Source: Eledone cirrhosa
Lineage: Eukaryota
Assembly (NCBI GenBank): GCA_964016885.1
Contig: OZ024747.1
Span: forward strand, 25,606,001-25,670,000
DNA: 64,000 nucleotides
Direction: 5' to 3'
Shown here: positions 10,708 to 26,100 of the stretch, piece after piece
Position numbering within the stretch: position 1 is the first letter of the stretch
How the letters are laid out: the number at the start of each line of letters is the position of its first letter
Made by a program: the position numbers and the translations under genes
The notes under the pieces: model-generated
The model's input: the letters and a program-made list of their open reading frames with translations, nothing else
The model's database searches: none
Told to the model about the DNA's origin: nothing

Positions 10708-13700
10708 CCACTGCCACTGCACATCAGTTTCCTAGTACCAGAGATACCACCACCACCACTGCTATGTACCACAGTTTCCTAGTACCAGAGATACCACCAC
10801 CACCACTGCTATGTACCACAGTTTCCTAGTACCAGAGATACCACCACCACCACTGCTATGTACCACAGTTTCCTAGTACCAGAGATACCACCACCACCAC
10901 TGCTATGTACCACAGTTTCCTAGTACCAGAGATACCACCACCACCACTGCTATGTACCACAGTTTCCTAGTACCAGAGATACCACCACCACCACTGCTAT
11001 GTACCACAGTTTCCTAGTACCAGAGATACCACCACCACCACTGCTATGTACCACAGTTTCCTAGTACCAGAGATACCACCACCACCACCACTGCCACTGC
11101 ACATCAGTTTCCTAGCACGAGAGATACCACCACCACCACCACCACCACCACTGCTATGTACCACAGTTTCCTAGTACCAGAGATACCACCACCACCACCA
11201 CTGCCACTGCACATCAGTTTCCTAGCACGAGAGATACCACCACCACCACCACCACCACCACTGCTATGTACCACAGTTTCCTAGCACCAGAGATACCACC
11301 ACCACCACCACCACCACCACTGCCACTGCACATCAGTTTCCTAGTACCAGAGATACCACCACCACCACCACCACCACCACTGCCACTGCACATCAGTTTC
11401 CTAGTACCAGAGATACCACCACCACCACCACCACCACCACTGCTATGTACCACAGTTTCCTAGCACCAGAGATGCCACCACCACCACCACCACCACCACT
11501 GCCACTGCACATCAGTTTCCTAGCACCAGAGATACCACCACCACCACCACCACCACCACCACCACACATCAGTTTCCTAGTACCAGAGATACCACCACCA
11601 CCACCACCACCACTGCCACTGCACATCAGTTTCCTAGTACCAGAGATACCACCACCACCACCACCACCACTGCCACTGCACATCAGTTTCCTAGCATCAG
11701 AGATGACACCACCACCACCACCACCACTGCCACTGCACATCAGTTTCCTAGTACCAGAGATACCACCACCACCACCACCACCACTGCCACTGCACATCAG
11801 TTTCCTAGCATCAGAGATGACACCACCACAGACATCATCACCCCAGCACATCAAGACACCACCATTACTACTATACCATCAGTTTCTTAGTATCAGAAGT
11901 GGTACCCCCACCAAACCACCACCACCACAGACATCACCACCAGTTTCCTAGTATCAGAAGTGGTACCCCCACCATCACCACCACCACAGACATCACCCCC
12001 AGTTTCCTAGTATCAGCAGTGGTACCCCCCCACCACCACAGACATCACCCCCTGTTTCCTAGTATCAGAAGTGGTACCACCACCACCACCACCACCACAG
12101 ACATCACCCCCTGTTTCCTAGTATCAGAAGTGGTACCACCACCACCACCACCAGACATCACCCCCTGTTTCCTAGTATCAGAAGTGGTACCCCCACCATC
12201 ACCACCACCACCACCTCAGACATCACCAGTTTCCTAGAAATCAGAAGTGGTACCCCCACCATCACCACCACCACCACCACAGACATCACCCCCTGTTTCC
12301 TAGTATCAGAAGTGGTACCCCCACCATCACCACCACCACCACCTCAGACATCACCAGTTTCCTAGAAATCAGAAGTGGTACCCCCACCATCACCACCACC
12401 ACCACCACCACAGACATCACCACCAGTTTCCTAGTATCAGAAGTGGTACCCCCACCATCACCACCACCACCACCTCAGACATCACCCCCAGTTTCCTAGT
12501 ATCAGAAGTGGTACGCACCACCACCACCACCACCACAGACATCACCACCAGTTTCCTAGTATCAGAAGTGGTACCCCCACCATCACCACCACCACCACCA
12601 CAGACATCACCACCAGTTTCCTAGTATCAGAAGTGGTACCCCCACCATCACCACCACCACCACCACAGACATCACCCCCAGTTTCCTAGTATCAGAAGTG
12701 GTACCCACCACCACCACCACCACCACAGACACCACCCCCAGTTTCCTAGTATCAGAAGTGGTACCCACCACCACCACCACCACCACAGACATCACCCCCT
12801 GTTTCCTAGTATCAGAAGTGGTACCCACCACCACCACCACCACCACAGACACCACCCCCAGTTTCCTAGTATCAGAAGTGGTACCCACCACCACCACCAC
12901 AGACATCACCCCCAGTTTCCTAGTATCAGAAGTGGTACCCCTCACCATCACCACCACCACCACCTCAGACATCACCCCCAGTTTCCTAGTATCAGAAGTG
13001 GTACCCACCACCACCACCACAGACACCACCCCCAGTTTCCTAGTATCAGAAGTGGTACCCACCCCCACAACCACCACCACAGACACCACCCCCAGTTTCC
13101 TAGTATCAGAAGTGGTACCCACCCCCACCACCACCACCACAGACATCACCCCCAGTTTCCTAGTATCAGAAGTGGTACCCACCACCACCACCACCACCAC
13201 AGACATCACCCCCAGTTTCCAAGTATCAGAAGTGGTACCCCCACCACCACCACCACCACAGACATCACCCCCAGTTTCCTAGTATCAGAAGTGGTACCAC
13301 CACCACCACCACCACAGACATCACCCCCAGTTTCCTAGTATCAGAAGTGGTACCCCCACCATCACCACCACCACAGACATCACCCCCAGTTTCCTAGTAT
13401 CAGAAGTGGTACCACCACCACCACCACCACAGACATCACCCCCAGTTTCCTAGTATCAGAAGTGGTACCCCCACCATCACCACCACCACAGACATCACCC
13501 CCAGTTTCCTAGTATCAGAAGTGGTACCACCACCATCACCACCACAGACATCACCCCCAGTTTCCTAGTATCAGAAGTGGTACCCCCACCATCACCACCA
13601 CCACAGACATCACCCCCAGTTTCCTAGTATCAGAAGTGGTACCACCACCACCACCACCACAGACATCACCCCCAGTTTCCTAGTATCAGAAGTGGTACCA

Positions 13701-14050
13701 CCACCACCACCACCACAGACATCACCCCCAGTTTCCTAGTATCAGAAGTGGTACCCCCACCATCACCACCACCACAGACATCACCCCCAGTTTCCTAGTA
13801 TCAGAAGTGGTACCCCCACCACCAGTTTCCTAGCACAACGTACACCACTACAATTTCCTAGCTTAGCATAGGAGACACCACAACCACTATTACACACTGT
13901 AGACACCACCACCACCACCACCACCACCACACTTTCTTAGTACCAGAGATCCCACTACTACTACTACTACTACTACTACACATTACTCTTCCCTAGCACC
14001 ACAAACACCACCACCACCACCACCACCACCCTTTCTTAGTACCAGAGATC

Positions 14051-14084
<34 letters not shown>

Positions 14085-14155
14085 ACATTACTCTTCCCTA
14101 GCACCACAAACACCACCACCACCACCACCACCACACTTTCTTAGTACCAGAGATC

Positions 14156-14195
<40 letters not shown>

Positions 14196-14260
14196 ACATT
14201 ACTCTTCCCTAGCACCACAAACACCACCACCACCACCACACTTTCTTAGTACCAGAGATC

Positions 14261-14294
<34 letters not shown>

Positions 14295-14455
14295 ACATTA
14301 CTCTTCCCTAGCACCACCACCACCACCACCACCACCACCACACTTTCTTAGTACCAGAGATCCCACTACTACTACTACTACTACTACTACACATTACTCT
14401 TCCCTAGCACCACAAACACCACCACCACCACCACACTTTCTTAGTACCAGAGATC

Positions 14456-14486
<31 letters not shown>

Positions 14487-14551
14487 ACATTACTCTTCCC
14501 TAGCACCACAAACACCACCACCACCACCACACTTTCTTAGTACCAGAGATC

Positions 14552-14582
<31 letters not shown>

Positions 14583-14917
14583 ACATTACTCTTCCCTAGC
14601 ACCACAAACACCACCACCACCACCACACTTTCTTAGTACCAGAGATCCCACTACTACTACTACTACTACTACACATTACTCTTCCCTAGCACCACAAACA
14701 CCACCACCACCACCACACTTTCTTAGTACCAGAGATCCCACTACTACTACTACTACTACTACTACACATTACTCTTCCCTAGCACCACCACCACCACCAC
14801 CACCACCACCACACTTTCTTAGTACCAGAGATCCCACTACTACTACTACTACTACACATTACTCTTCCCTAGCACCACCACCACCACCACCACCACACTT
14901 TCTTAGTACCAGAGATC

Positions 14918-14948
<31 letters not shown>

Positions 14949-15193
14949 ACATTACTCTTCCCTAGCACCACAAACACCACCACCACCACCACACTTTCTT
15001 AGTACCAGAGATCCCACTACTACTACTACTACTACTACTACACATTACTCTTCCCTAGCACCACCACCACCACCACCACCACCACCACACTTTCTTAGTA
15101 CCAGAGATCCCACTACTACTACTACTACTACACATTACTCTTCCCTAGCACCACCACCACCACCACCACCACACTTTCTTAGTACCAGAGATC

Positions 15194-15224
<31 letters not shown>

Positions 15225-15289
15225 ACATTACTCTTCCCTAGCACCACAAACACCACCACCACCACCACACTTTCTTAGTACCAGAGATC

Positions 15290-15320
<31 letters not shown>

Positions 15321-15577
15321 ACATTACTCTTCCCTAGCACCACAAACACCACCACCACCACCACACTTTCTTAGTACCAGAGATCCCACTACTACTACTA
15401 CTACTACTACTACACATTACTCTTCCCTAGCACCACCACCACCACCACCACCACCACCACACTTTCTTAGTACCAGAGATCCCACTACTACTACTACTAC
15501 TACTACTACACATTACTCTTCCCTAGCACCACCACCACCACCACCACCACCACCACACTTTCTTAGTACCAGAGATC

Positions 15578-15614
<37 letters not shown>

Positions 15615-15679
15615 ACATTACTCTTCCCTAGCACCACAGACACCACCACCACCACCACACTTTCTTAGTACCAGAGATC

Positions 15680-15713
<34 letters not shown>

Positions 15714-15874
15714 ACATTACTCTTCCCTAGCACCACAAACACCACCACCACCACCACCACCACACTTTCTTAGTACCAGAGATCCCACTACTACTACTAC
15801 TACTACTACTACACATTACTCTTCCCTAGCACCACCACCACCACCACCACCACACTTTCTTAGTACCAGAGATC

Positions 15875-15905
<31 letters not shown>

Positions 15906-15970
15906 ACATTACTCTTCCCTAGCACCACCACCACCACCACCACCACCACACTTTCTTAGTACCAGAGATC

Positions 15971-16001
<31 letters not shown>

Positions 16002-16147
16002 ACATTACTCTTCCCTAGCACCACAAACACCACCACCACCACACTTTCTTAGTACCAGAGATCCCACTACTACTACTACTACTACACATTACTCTTCCCT
16101 AGCACCACCACCACCACCACCACCACACTTTCTTAGTACCAGAGATC

Positions 16148-16181
<34 letters not shown>

Positions 16182-16333
16182 ACATTACTCTTCCCTAGCA
16201 CCACAAACACCACCACCACCACCACCACACTTTCTTAGTACCAGAGATCCCACTACTACTACTACTACTACACATTACTCTTCCCTAGCACCACCACCAC
16301 CACCACCACCACACTTTCTTAGTACCAGAGATC

Positions 16334-16370
<37 letters not shown>

Positions 16371-16438
16371 ACATTACTCTTCCCTAGCACCACAAACCCC
16401 ACCACCACCACCACCACACTTTCTTAGTACCAGAGATC

Positions 16439-16475
<37 letters not shown>

Positions 16476-16540
16476 ACATTACTCTTCCCTAGCACCACAA
16501 ACACCACCACCACCACCACACTTTCTTAGTACCAGAGATC

Positions 16541-16574
<34 letters not shown>

Positions 16575-16642
16575 ACATTACTCTTCCCTAGCACCACAAA
16601 CCCCACCACCACCACCACCACACTTTCTTAGTACCAGAGATC

Positions 16643-16676
<34 letters not shown>

Positions 16677-16927
16677 ACATTACTCTTCCCTAGCACCACA
16701 AACACCACCACCACCACCACCACACTTTCTTAGTACCAGAGATCCCACTACTACTACTACTACTACTACTACACATTACTCTTCCCTAGCACCACCACCA
16801 CCACCACCACCACCACACTTTCTTAGTACCAGAGATCCCACTACTACTACTACTACTTCTACACATTACTCTTCCCTAGCACCACAAACACCACCACCAC
16901 CACCACACTTTCTTAGTACCAGAGATC

Positions 16928-16961
<34 letters not shown>

Positions 16962-17122
16962 ACATTACTCTTCCCTAGCACCACAAACACCACCACCACC
17001 ACCACCACCACACTTTCTTAGTACCAGAGATCCCACTACTACTACTACTACTACTACACATTACTCTTCCCTAGCACCACCACCACCACCACCACCACCA
17101 CACTTTCTTAGTACCAGAGATC

Positions 17123-17156
<34 letters not shown>

Positions 17157-17599
17157 ACATTACTCTTCCCTAGCACCACAAACACCACCACCACCACCAC
17201 CACACTTTCTTAGTACCAGAGATCCCACTACTACTACTACTACTACTACTACACATTACTCTTCCCTAGCACCACCACCACCACCACCACCACCACACTT
17301 TCTTAGTACCAGAGATCCCACTACTACTACTACTACTACTACTACACATTACTCTTTCCTAGCACCACAAACACCACCACCACCACCACCACCACACTTT
17401 CTTAGTACCAGAGATCCCACTACTACTACTACTACTACTACACATTACTCTTCCCTAGCACCACAAACACCACCACCACCACCACCACACTTTCTTAGTA
17501 CCAGAGATCCCACTACTACTACTACTACTACACATTACTCTTCCCTAGCACCACCACCACCACCACCACCACCACCACACTTTCTTAGTACCAGAGATC

Positions 17600-17633
<34 letters not shown>

Positions 17634-17884
17634 ACATTACTCTTCCCTAGCACCACCACCACCACCACCACCACACTTTCTTAGTACCAGAGATCCCACT
17701 ACTACTACTACTACTACTACTACACATTACTCTTCCCTAGCACCACCACCACCACCACCACCACCACCACACTTTCTTAGTACCAGAGATCCCACTACTA
17801 CTACTACTACTACTACTACACATTACTCTTCCCTAGCACCACCACCACCACCACCACCACCACACTTTCTTAGTACCAGAGATC

Positions 17885-17915
<31 letters not shown>

Positions 17916-17983
17916 ACATTACTCTTCCCTAGCACCACCACCACCACCACCACCACCACCACACTTTCTTAGTACCAGAGATC

Positions 17984-18014
<31 letters not shown>

Positions 18015-18079
18015 ACATTACTCTTCCCTAGCACCACCACCACCACCACCACCACCACACTTTCTTAGTACCAGAGATC

Positions 18080-18110
<31 letters not shown>

Positions 18111-18175
18111 ACATTACTCTTCCCTAGCACCACCACCACCACCACCACCACCACACTTTCTTAGTACCAGAGATC

Positions 18176-18206
<31 letters not shown>

Positions 18207-18271
18207 ACATTACTCTTCCCTAGCACCACCACCACCACCACCACCACCACACTTTCTTAGTACCAGAGATC

Positions 18272-18302
<31 letters not shown>

Positions 18303-18367
18303 ACATTACTCTTCCCTAGCACCACCACCACCACCACCACCACCACACCTTCTTAGTACCAGAGATC

Positions 18368-18416
<49 letters not shown>

Positions 18417-18478
18417 ACATTACTCTTCCCTAGCACCACCACCACCACCACCACCACACTTTCTTAGTACCAGAGATC

Positions 18479-18512
<34 letters not shown>

Positions 18513-18667
18513 ACATTACTCTTCCCTAGCACCACCACCACCACCACCACCACCACACCTTCTTAGTACCAGAGATCCCACTACTACTACTACTACTACT
18601 ACTACACATTACTCTTCCCTAGCACCACCACCACCACCACCACCACACTTTCTTAGTACCAGAGATC

Positions 18668-18701
<34 letters not shown>

Positions 18702-18769
18702 ACATTACTCTTCCCTAGCACCACCACCACCACCACCACCACCACCACACCTTCTTAGTACCAGAGATC

Positions 18770-18803
<34 letters not shown>

Positions 18804-18868
18804 ACATTACTCTTCCCTAGCACCACCACCACCACCACCACCACCACACCTTCTTAGTACCAGAGATC

Positions 18869-18902
<34 letters not shown>

Positions 18903-18967
18903 ACATTACTCTTCCCTAGCACCACCACCACCACCACCACCACCACACTTTCTTAGTACCAGAGATC

Positions 18968-19001
<34 letters not shown>

Positions 19002-19351
19002 ACATTACTCTTCCCTAGCACCACCACCACCACCACCACCACCACACTTTCTTAGTACCAGAGATCCCACTACTACTACTACTACACATTACTCTTCCCT
19101 AGCACCACAAACACCACCACCACCACCACCACCACACTTTCTTAGTACCAGAGATCCCACTACTACTACTACTACTACTTCTACACATTACTCTTCCCTA
19201 GCACCACAAACACCACCACCACCACCACCACCACCACCACACTTTCTTAGTACCAGAGATCCCACTACTACTACTACTACTACTTCTACACATTACTCTT
19301 CCCTAGCACCACAAACACCACCACCACCACACTTTCTTAGTACCAGAGATC

Positions 19352-19385
<34 letters not shown>

Positions 19386-19450
19386 ACATTACTCTTCCCT
19401 AGCACCACCACCACCACCACCACCACCACACTTTCTTAGTACCAGAGATC

Positions 19451-19484
<34 letters not shown>

Positions 19485-19824
19485 ACATTACTCTTCCCTA
19501 GCACCACCACCACCACCACCACCACCACACTTTCTTAGTACCAGAGATCCCACTACTACTACTACTACACATTACTCTTCCCTAGCACCACAAACACCAC
19601 CACCACCACCACCACACTTTCTTAGTACCAGAGATCCCACTACTACTACTACTACTACTTCTACACATTACTCTTCCCTAGCACCACAAACACCACCACC
19701 ACCACACTTTCTTAGTACCAGAGATCCCACTACTACTACTACTACTACTACTTCTACACATTACTCTTCCCTAGCACCACAAACACCACCACCACCACCA
19801 CACTTTCTTAGTACCAGAGATCCC

Positions 19825-19856
<32 letters not shown>

Positions 19857-19923
19857 ACATTACTCTTTCCTAGCACCACAAACACCACCACCACCACCAC
19901 ACTTTCTTAGTACCAGAGATCCC

Positions 19924-19955
<32 letters not shown>

Positions 19956-20022
19956 ACATTACTCTTCCCTAGCACCACAGACACCACCACCACCACCACA
20001 CTTTCTTAGTACCAGAGATCCC

Positions 20023-20054
<32 letters not shown>

Positions 20055-20525
20055 ACATTACTCTTTCCTAGCACCACAAACACCACCACCACCACCACAC
20101 TTTCTTAGTACCAGAGATCCCACTACTACTACTACTACTACTTCTACACATTACTCTTTCCTAGCACCACAGACACCACCACCACCACCACACTTTCTTA
20201 GTACCAGAGATCCCACTACTACTACTACTACTACTACACATTACTCTTCCCTAGCACCACCACCACCACCACCACACTTTCTTAGTACCAGAGATCCCAC
20301 TACTACTACTACTACTACTTCTACACATTACTCTTCCCTAGCACCACAGACACCACCACCACCACCACCACACTTTCTTAGTACCAGAGATCCCACTACT
20401 ACTACTACTACTACACATTACTCTTTCCTAGCACCACAGACACCACCACCACCACCACACTTTCTTAGTACCAGAGATCCTACTACTACTACTACTACTA
20501 CTACTCCTCCTCCCTAGCACCACAA
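10708..20525. repeat. ~9.8 kb compound satellite with three successive unit types
   Basis: Roughly 40-55 bp units (10708-11820), roughly 55-60 bp units (11880-13825) and roughly 80 bp units with (TAC)n and (CAC)n (13900-20525). All share TTTC(C/T)TAG(T/C)A(C/T)CAGA. Confidence 0.95.
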
Positions 20526-20811
20526 ACACCACCATCGCTACTACAAACCACAGTTTCCTATGTAGACTAATTACAACATGCAGTAAGAAGATATCCCATG
20601 TATTGCTTTTAAAACAACAACAAGGTAGTATGGGTGGCTATCAATAGAAATGTTCTTGAAACATGCAATAGCATTATGTAAGAAAGAAAACCTAGCCTTG
20701 GAATCGATATTAATAACTCAACATAAACCCCCCCCCCCCCCCCTCCCCTCTCTCTCCCGCCCAACAACTCAACATAACTCTCAATCCCCCTCTCGCCCAA
20801 ACCCTCCACCA

Positions 20812-20930
20812 CCCTCGCCAAACAAATCAACATAACCCTCCATCTCCCCTCCCTCGCCAAACAAATCAACATAACCCTCCATCTCCCCTCTCTCGCCAAA
20901 CAAATCAACATAACCCTCCATCTCCCCTCC
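20812..20930. repeat. 39-bp tandem repeat, 3 copies
   Basis: CTCGCCAAACAAATCAACATAACCCTCCATCTCCCCTC repeated three times. Confidence 0.85.
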
Positions 20931-21259
20931 CGCCCAGCAACTCCCAAAACATTAAAAAAACATGAGGAAGCATTAAAACTTTTCCCACATACATACATAC
21001 ATTACATACGTACATATACACACATACATATATTACATACTTACATACATACATTATATACATGCATTACATATGCAAATATATGTATATATATTATATA
21101 TAATACACATGCTCACTTAATAGAAAGGGGCATTGCCGAGATACATATTGTGTGTTGGGCATTTTAAACCTGGCAGAGTCCATCTCTCTGCAGACACACA
21201 CACACATATTATATGCATGAATATGCAAATATGTGTATGTGTTATAAATATACATATAT

Positions 21260-21565
21260 ATATTTGATAAAAGGAAAAGAATGACTTCACTTGTTGTTCT
21301 AAACAATTTGATTTAATTTTATAATATTATAATTTTACAATTTAGTTTTGTAGATCTAGTAAGTCCTTTGTTAACTTTGGTGGGAAGATTTTGACAATCG
21401 CCACTGATGAATGCGAGAAAGTTCTCCAGGAAAGTTAACCAGGAATCTTTAAAAATCTTCCCACTGAAGTTAACAAAGAACTTACTAGATCTACAAAAGT
21501 AAATTCTAAAATTATAATAATATAAAACTACAAGTGAAGTCATTCTTTTCCTTTTTTCAAACATA
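21260..21565. mobile_element. Diverged fold-back element (~115-130 bp arms, ~58 bp spacer)
   Basis: AAAAGGAAAAGAATGACTTCACTTGT...TTTTGTAGATCTAGTAAGT..TTTGTTAACTT..GTGGGAAGATTTT (to 21392) is mirrored from 21451 to 21565. It lies next to a TA tract. Confidence 0.75.
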
Positions 21566-21600
21566 CCTAACTGTACCAAGGTTTTCACACATTTTCCGCC

Positions 21601-22424
21601 AGGGAAATGGCCATGTTCGATATGTAGAAAAGGAACTGGCATAAATTCTATAAAATGTACACAATACAGATCTTGGGTACACAAGAGATGTAGTGGGATA
21701 GCGGGCGAACTAACAGGTAGGGAAAACTACGTATGCAGTAGATGTACAGGGAAATTTAACAGTAGAAGTCGCAGTGATAGACACATTTTTCAAATGCAGG
21801 TAGGTTCTATAGAAGTGGTTGATAGCTTCCGGTACCTAGGTGATCAGATTAGCATGGGAGGGGGGGGGGGGGTTCTGAGACCATAGTATCTAGAATAAGG
21901 ATGGGTTGGAAGAAGTTTAGGGAGCTTCAAAAAGAAGGGTTTCTTCCTGTATAGGAAAGGCCGGTTCTATGATGCCTGTGTGAGATGCGCGATGTTGCAT
22001 GGTAGTGAGACATAGGCAGCAACTGCAGAGGATATGCAACGGCTGGAGAGAAATGAAGCAAGCATGCTCCGTTGGATGTGTAATGTCAATGTACATGAAC
22101 GACCAAGCATGGATGAGTCGAGAGAGAAACTGTGTATAAGAAGGATAAGTTGTAGTGTGTGGGAGAGAAGACTGCAATGGTATGGACATGTGATGTGCAT
22201 GGTGGATGACGGCTGGGTAAAGAAGTGCCAAGAAATCCCAATAGAAGGAAGACACAGTAGAGGAAGACCACAAAAAACATGGGCGGAGGTGGTGAGAGCA
22301 GACCTCAGATCGCTGAAGCTCACGGAGAAAATGACAAAGAACCGTGACGAATGGAGAGATGCTGTGCTGAATAGGACCTGTTCCACCCTTGCAAGCAGGG
22401 AAAAGCGGACGTAAAATGATGATA
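21601..22424 (+). mobile_element. 5'-truncated RTE LINE (same family as the 41-44 kb copy)
   Basis: GKWPCSICRK..., RLERNEASMLRWMC..., GRPQKTWAEVV...; ends GCAAGCAGGGAAAAGCGGACGTAAAATGATGAT. Confidence 0.9.
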
Positions 22425-22884
22425 CATAATCATCATCTCTGTTTCTATGCTAGCATGGGTTAGACAAGTCAGAACTGTTTCTGACTTGGTTTCTATGGCT
22501 GGATGCCCCTCCTAACGCCAAGAATATACATATATATAAGGTTACAAAGGACTCTACAGTCTGGACAAACAAAACAGAGAGAGAGAGAGAGGGAGAGAGA
22601 TAGAGGGAGAGAGAGAGAGAGAACTCAATAGAATGCAGGTACGCATGTAAGTGAGATGCTGCTCTCAGCCCAATGTGGGATCACTAGTTTCCCTTGAGTG
22701 CTGGCAACACAAAGAAAACGAATGTTAAGGGTGGTAAATAGGCAGAATCATTAGTGCGTCTGACAATGTTTGGCAGCATTTAGTTACAGCCCACTATGTT
22801 CTGAGTTTAAATCCTACTGAGGCCAACTCTATTTTCTATCTTTCCAGGATGTAACAGGCAAGTACTTGGGAGAATATAATAGAC

Positions 22885-23155
22885 TTTTGCTCGCTCTCAT
22901 CCCATATCTAAGGGGCGGGAGTCATGGACTTATAGACCAGCACTCTCCATCTTTTCCTGTCTCTTACTATTGCCGTACATTCTGCCAAACTCCTGTCCAT
23001 TTCTTAATATCATCTGTCCATCTCCTTTTCTGCCGTACCCTGGCCCTTTTCCCCTGTATTCATCCTTCAAGGATGTGGGTAATCAAATTTTTGGCCCTGA
23101 TGACATGACCAAAATACTGAAGTTTCCTTTTCCTTACTGTTTCAACCAACTGTCA
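22885..23155 (-). mobile_element. 3' fragment of another RTE/BovB-like LINE
   Basis: Minus strand reads RKLQYFGHVIRAKNLITHILEG and GKRARVRQKRRWTDDIKKW. Confidence 0.7.
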
Positions 23156-26100
23156 ATTTAACCCCCCCCCCCAAAAAAAAACTACTGGCCTTGCACCTAA
23201 GTCAAAAACCATGTAGTAAACTGATATACACCACATAGTAACTGGATCCTCCATTGATTTCAATGATATAGATGCACACATACAATCCTGCACACTGCCA
23301 AGGGGATTTTATCATGACACCAGCATGAGGGAGATTGTCATGTCTTTGACTGAAAAGATCTCAACCGTGGCAGATTTTCTACAGCTGGATGCCCTCCCTA
23401 TTATCAATCACTTTACAGGCTGTACTGGATGCATTTATTGCGTAAATCACTTCCACTAGGGAGGTTAAGCTGAAGAGTCCTTATGATTTCTAATTTTGGC
23501 ACAAGACCAGCAATTGTTTTGAAGGGGTAGGGGCAAATCAATTATATTGACCTCAGTACTTGATTGGTTCTTTATTGGCCTCAAAGAATGAAAGTTAAAG
23601 TTAACTTCAGTAGGATTTGAACTCAGAACGTAACAAGCCAGAATAAATACAGCTAAGTTGTCCGAAGCTCTAACTCATCTGCCAATCCTTCATCCTCACT
23701 GTCCAAACAATGCATACACATCTAATAAGGATGGGATTGGAGGAAAGATAGAATTTAGTATAAAGTTTACTGAATTACAGTAATTTAGACGTAACATTTG
23801 CTAAATTGATTCAACACACTACAGACTTCAGCAAGAGATCTTTTCCTAATGGAGGAAGTATGTCAATCTCAACTCCTGGATGATTGCACATAGAGATATA
23901 TTGTTGTTGTTGTTGTTGTTGGGCCTTTGTCAGTTCTAATGACGAGTGTTCCAGTTGTTCGAGCAATGGAACAGCCTGTGCAATTAATGTGTAAGTGGCT
24001 CAGCATTCAATGGTCACATGTACCCATAACATAGTTCTCAAGATTTAGCATGACAATATGCAACAAGGCTGGTCCTTTGAATTATAGACACAGTCCATCG
24101 TGTATAATAGTGTAAGTGACTGAGCATTCCACAGACGTGTATCCATACACATGTGCATCTATCTCAGGGAGATTTGTATGTGACAAGGATGGATCTTTCA
24201 ATTACAGGTACAATCCAGAGATATTGTACCTTTAACATGGTTCTCCGGGAGATTCGAAATAACTGTGTGTGACTAGGCTATGTCTTTGAATTACAGCTCA
24301 TTTTTGCCAGCTTAGTGAACTGGAGCAATGTAAAATCAAGTGCCTTGCTCAATGATAGAACACACCACCAGGAATCAAACTCACAACCTTAAGATTGTGA
24401 GCTGAACACCCCAAATATTAAGCCACATACCTTCTCATACAAATAAATACACATACATAGATGAGTTAATATATAGCTATAAAGGCTATATATGTGTGTA
24501 GATAGATATGAGGTTACTTGTTTAAATATATACATATGAGAATATGTGCTAGATGGATCTGGAATTGTACCCACACCCTTATGATCATGAGTCCAACACC
24601 CCTAACCACTAGGACACTGTAGCAACATGAATTGAACAGGGCCACTAGGAATAGAAAACAGTTCATAGACCTTGAGATATTAATGCTTCTGCTACCAATC
24701 CACCCAAAACTACCTCTGTTTCAATCAAACAAAAACGCCCATGTTTAAAGGGTTCTTATTTAAATGAAAATCTTCCAACATAATTTCATAAAAGAACTCT
24801 GTTAGGTTACTATCTTCATAATGAAATAATTAATAATTTTAGTAAATCCCTCAAAACTCTTTGTTAATTAATTGAAACACTAGAAATAGGGCTAGGAAGA
24901 GTTAATTAATCAGCAGGACAGCATAGTAAGATATAAAATAGTAGATCAAATATTAGAAGTGTTTACATTACTGGGATGAACAGCTAGGTCAATTAAATGT
25001 TGGCTAATTGTCCTGGAATGATGTCTACAAGACCATGACATAGTTCACTGTATCTCTTCACACACATACACACAGATAGGAGGAGGCACACACACAAATA
25101 AGAGGAAGTACATACACACACACACAAAGAAGGAGGAGGCACATACACACACAAGTAGGAAGAGGCACGCACGTCTCTTTTTCACACACACAAGTAGGAG
25201 GCACACATACATTTTCTTTTTCTCACGCACATACGTTTTGTCTCCCTCTCTCCCACACACATATTCTCTCTCTCTCACACATTCTCTTTCTCTCTCCCAC
25301 ACACACAAGTAGGAGACACACACACATTTTCTTTAACTTTCTTTCACACAAGTTTTCTCTCTCTCATACACACACAAAAGCAAACATACTCACAGAGAAG
25401 CAGGAATACACATATATACACTGCAAACCATGCATACTCTACACACACACACACAAATACATAACACTGAGATGGACATAAATAAACACGCATGAATAGC
25501 TCACAAGTACACACACACACAGACAAACACATTTGCACAGGCACGTATGCATGCATGAACACAGAAACATATAGACACATAACAGGGGCAAGCAGACAGG
25601 CGCATCCATAAGGAAGCATGTACACAGACTGTTACAAACACATGCATAAACAAGTCTACACACACCCTCACATAATCAAGTACACATGCACGCACACACA
25701 AGCAAGGATACAAGCCCACACATAAGCAAACACTGACAAGCAAACCCACCTACGCACATATTACAGCAGACACACAGAAACGAATACCAACACATTCATA
25801 CAAACAAACATTTATACATACCCAATACACCTGCACCCACATACACATACACACACACTGCCACAACACACATTGCCACACATACACAACCAAAACACAC
25901 ACAAGTTGCCACAACACAAACAGCCACACAACACAAGCTGTTGCGCAACACAGAATAATTCAAAATTAACTAAAGTTAGGGCAGAGAAACCTCACAATTG
26001 GTAGAGAGCAGAAGGCGATATTTTACAATCCTGTACCACATGAAAATGTGTTAAGATATTCTTAAAAAATATAAAACAGCACTATGACTGCTTTCTCTAA

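Noticed and set aside
11214-13282. Pro-, Thr- and Gly-rich ORFs resembling mucin or extensin
   Set aside because: These are satellite translations; the frame is broken repeatedly by unit indels and ORFs occur on both strands.
13900-20525. CRISPR-like alternation of constant and variable segments
   Set aside because: The variable parts are only (TAC)n and (CAC)n length variants, not unique spacers; the context is eukaryotic and there are no cas genes.
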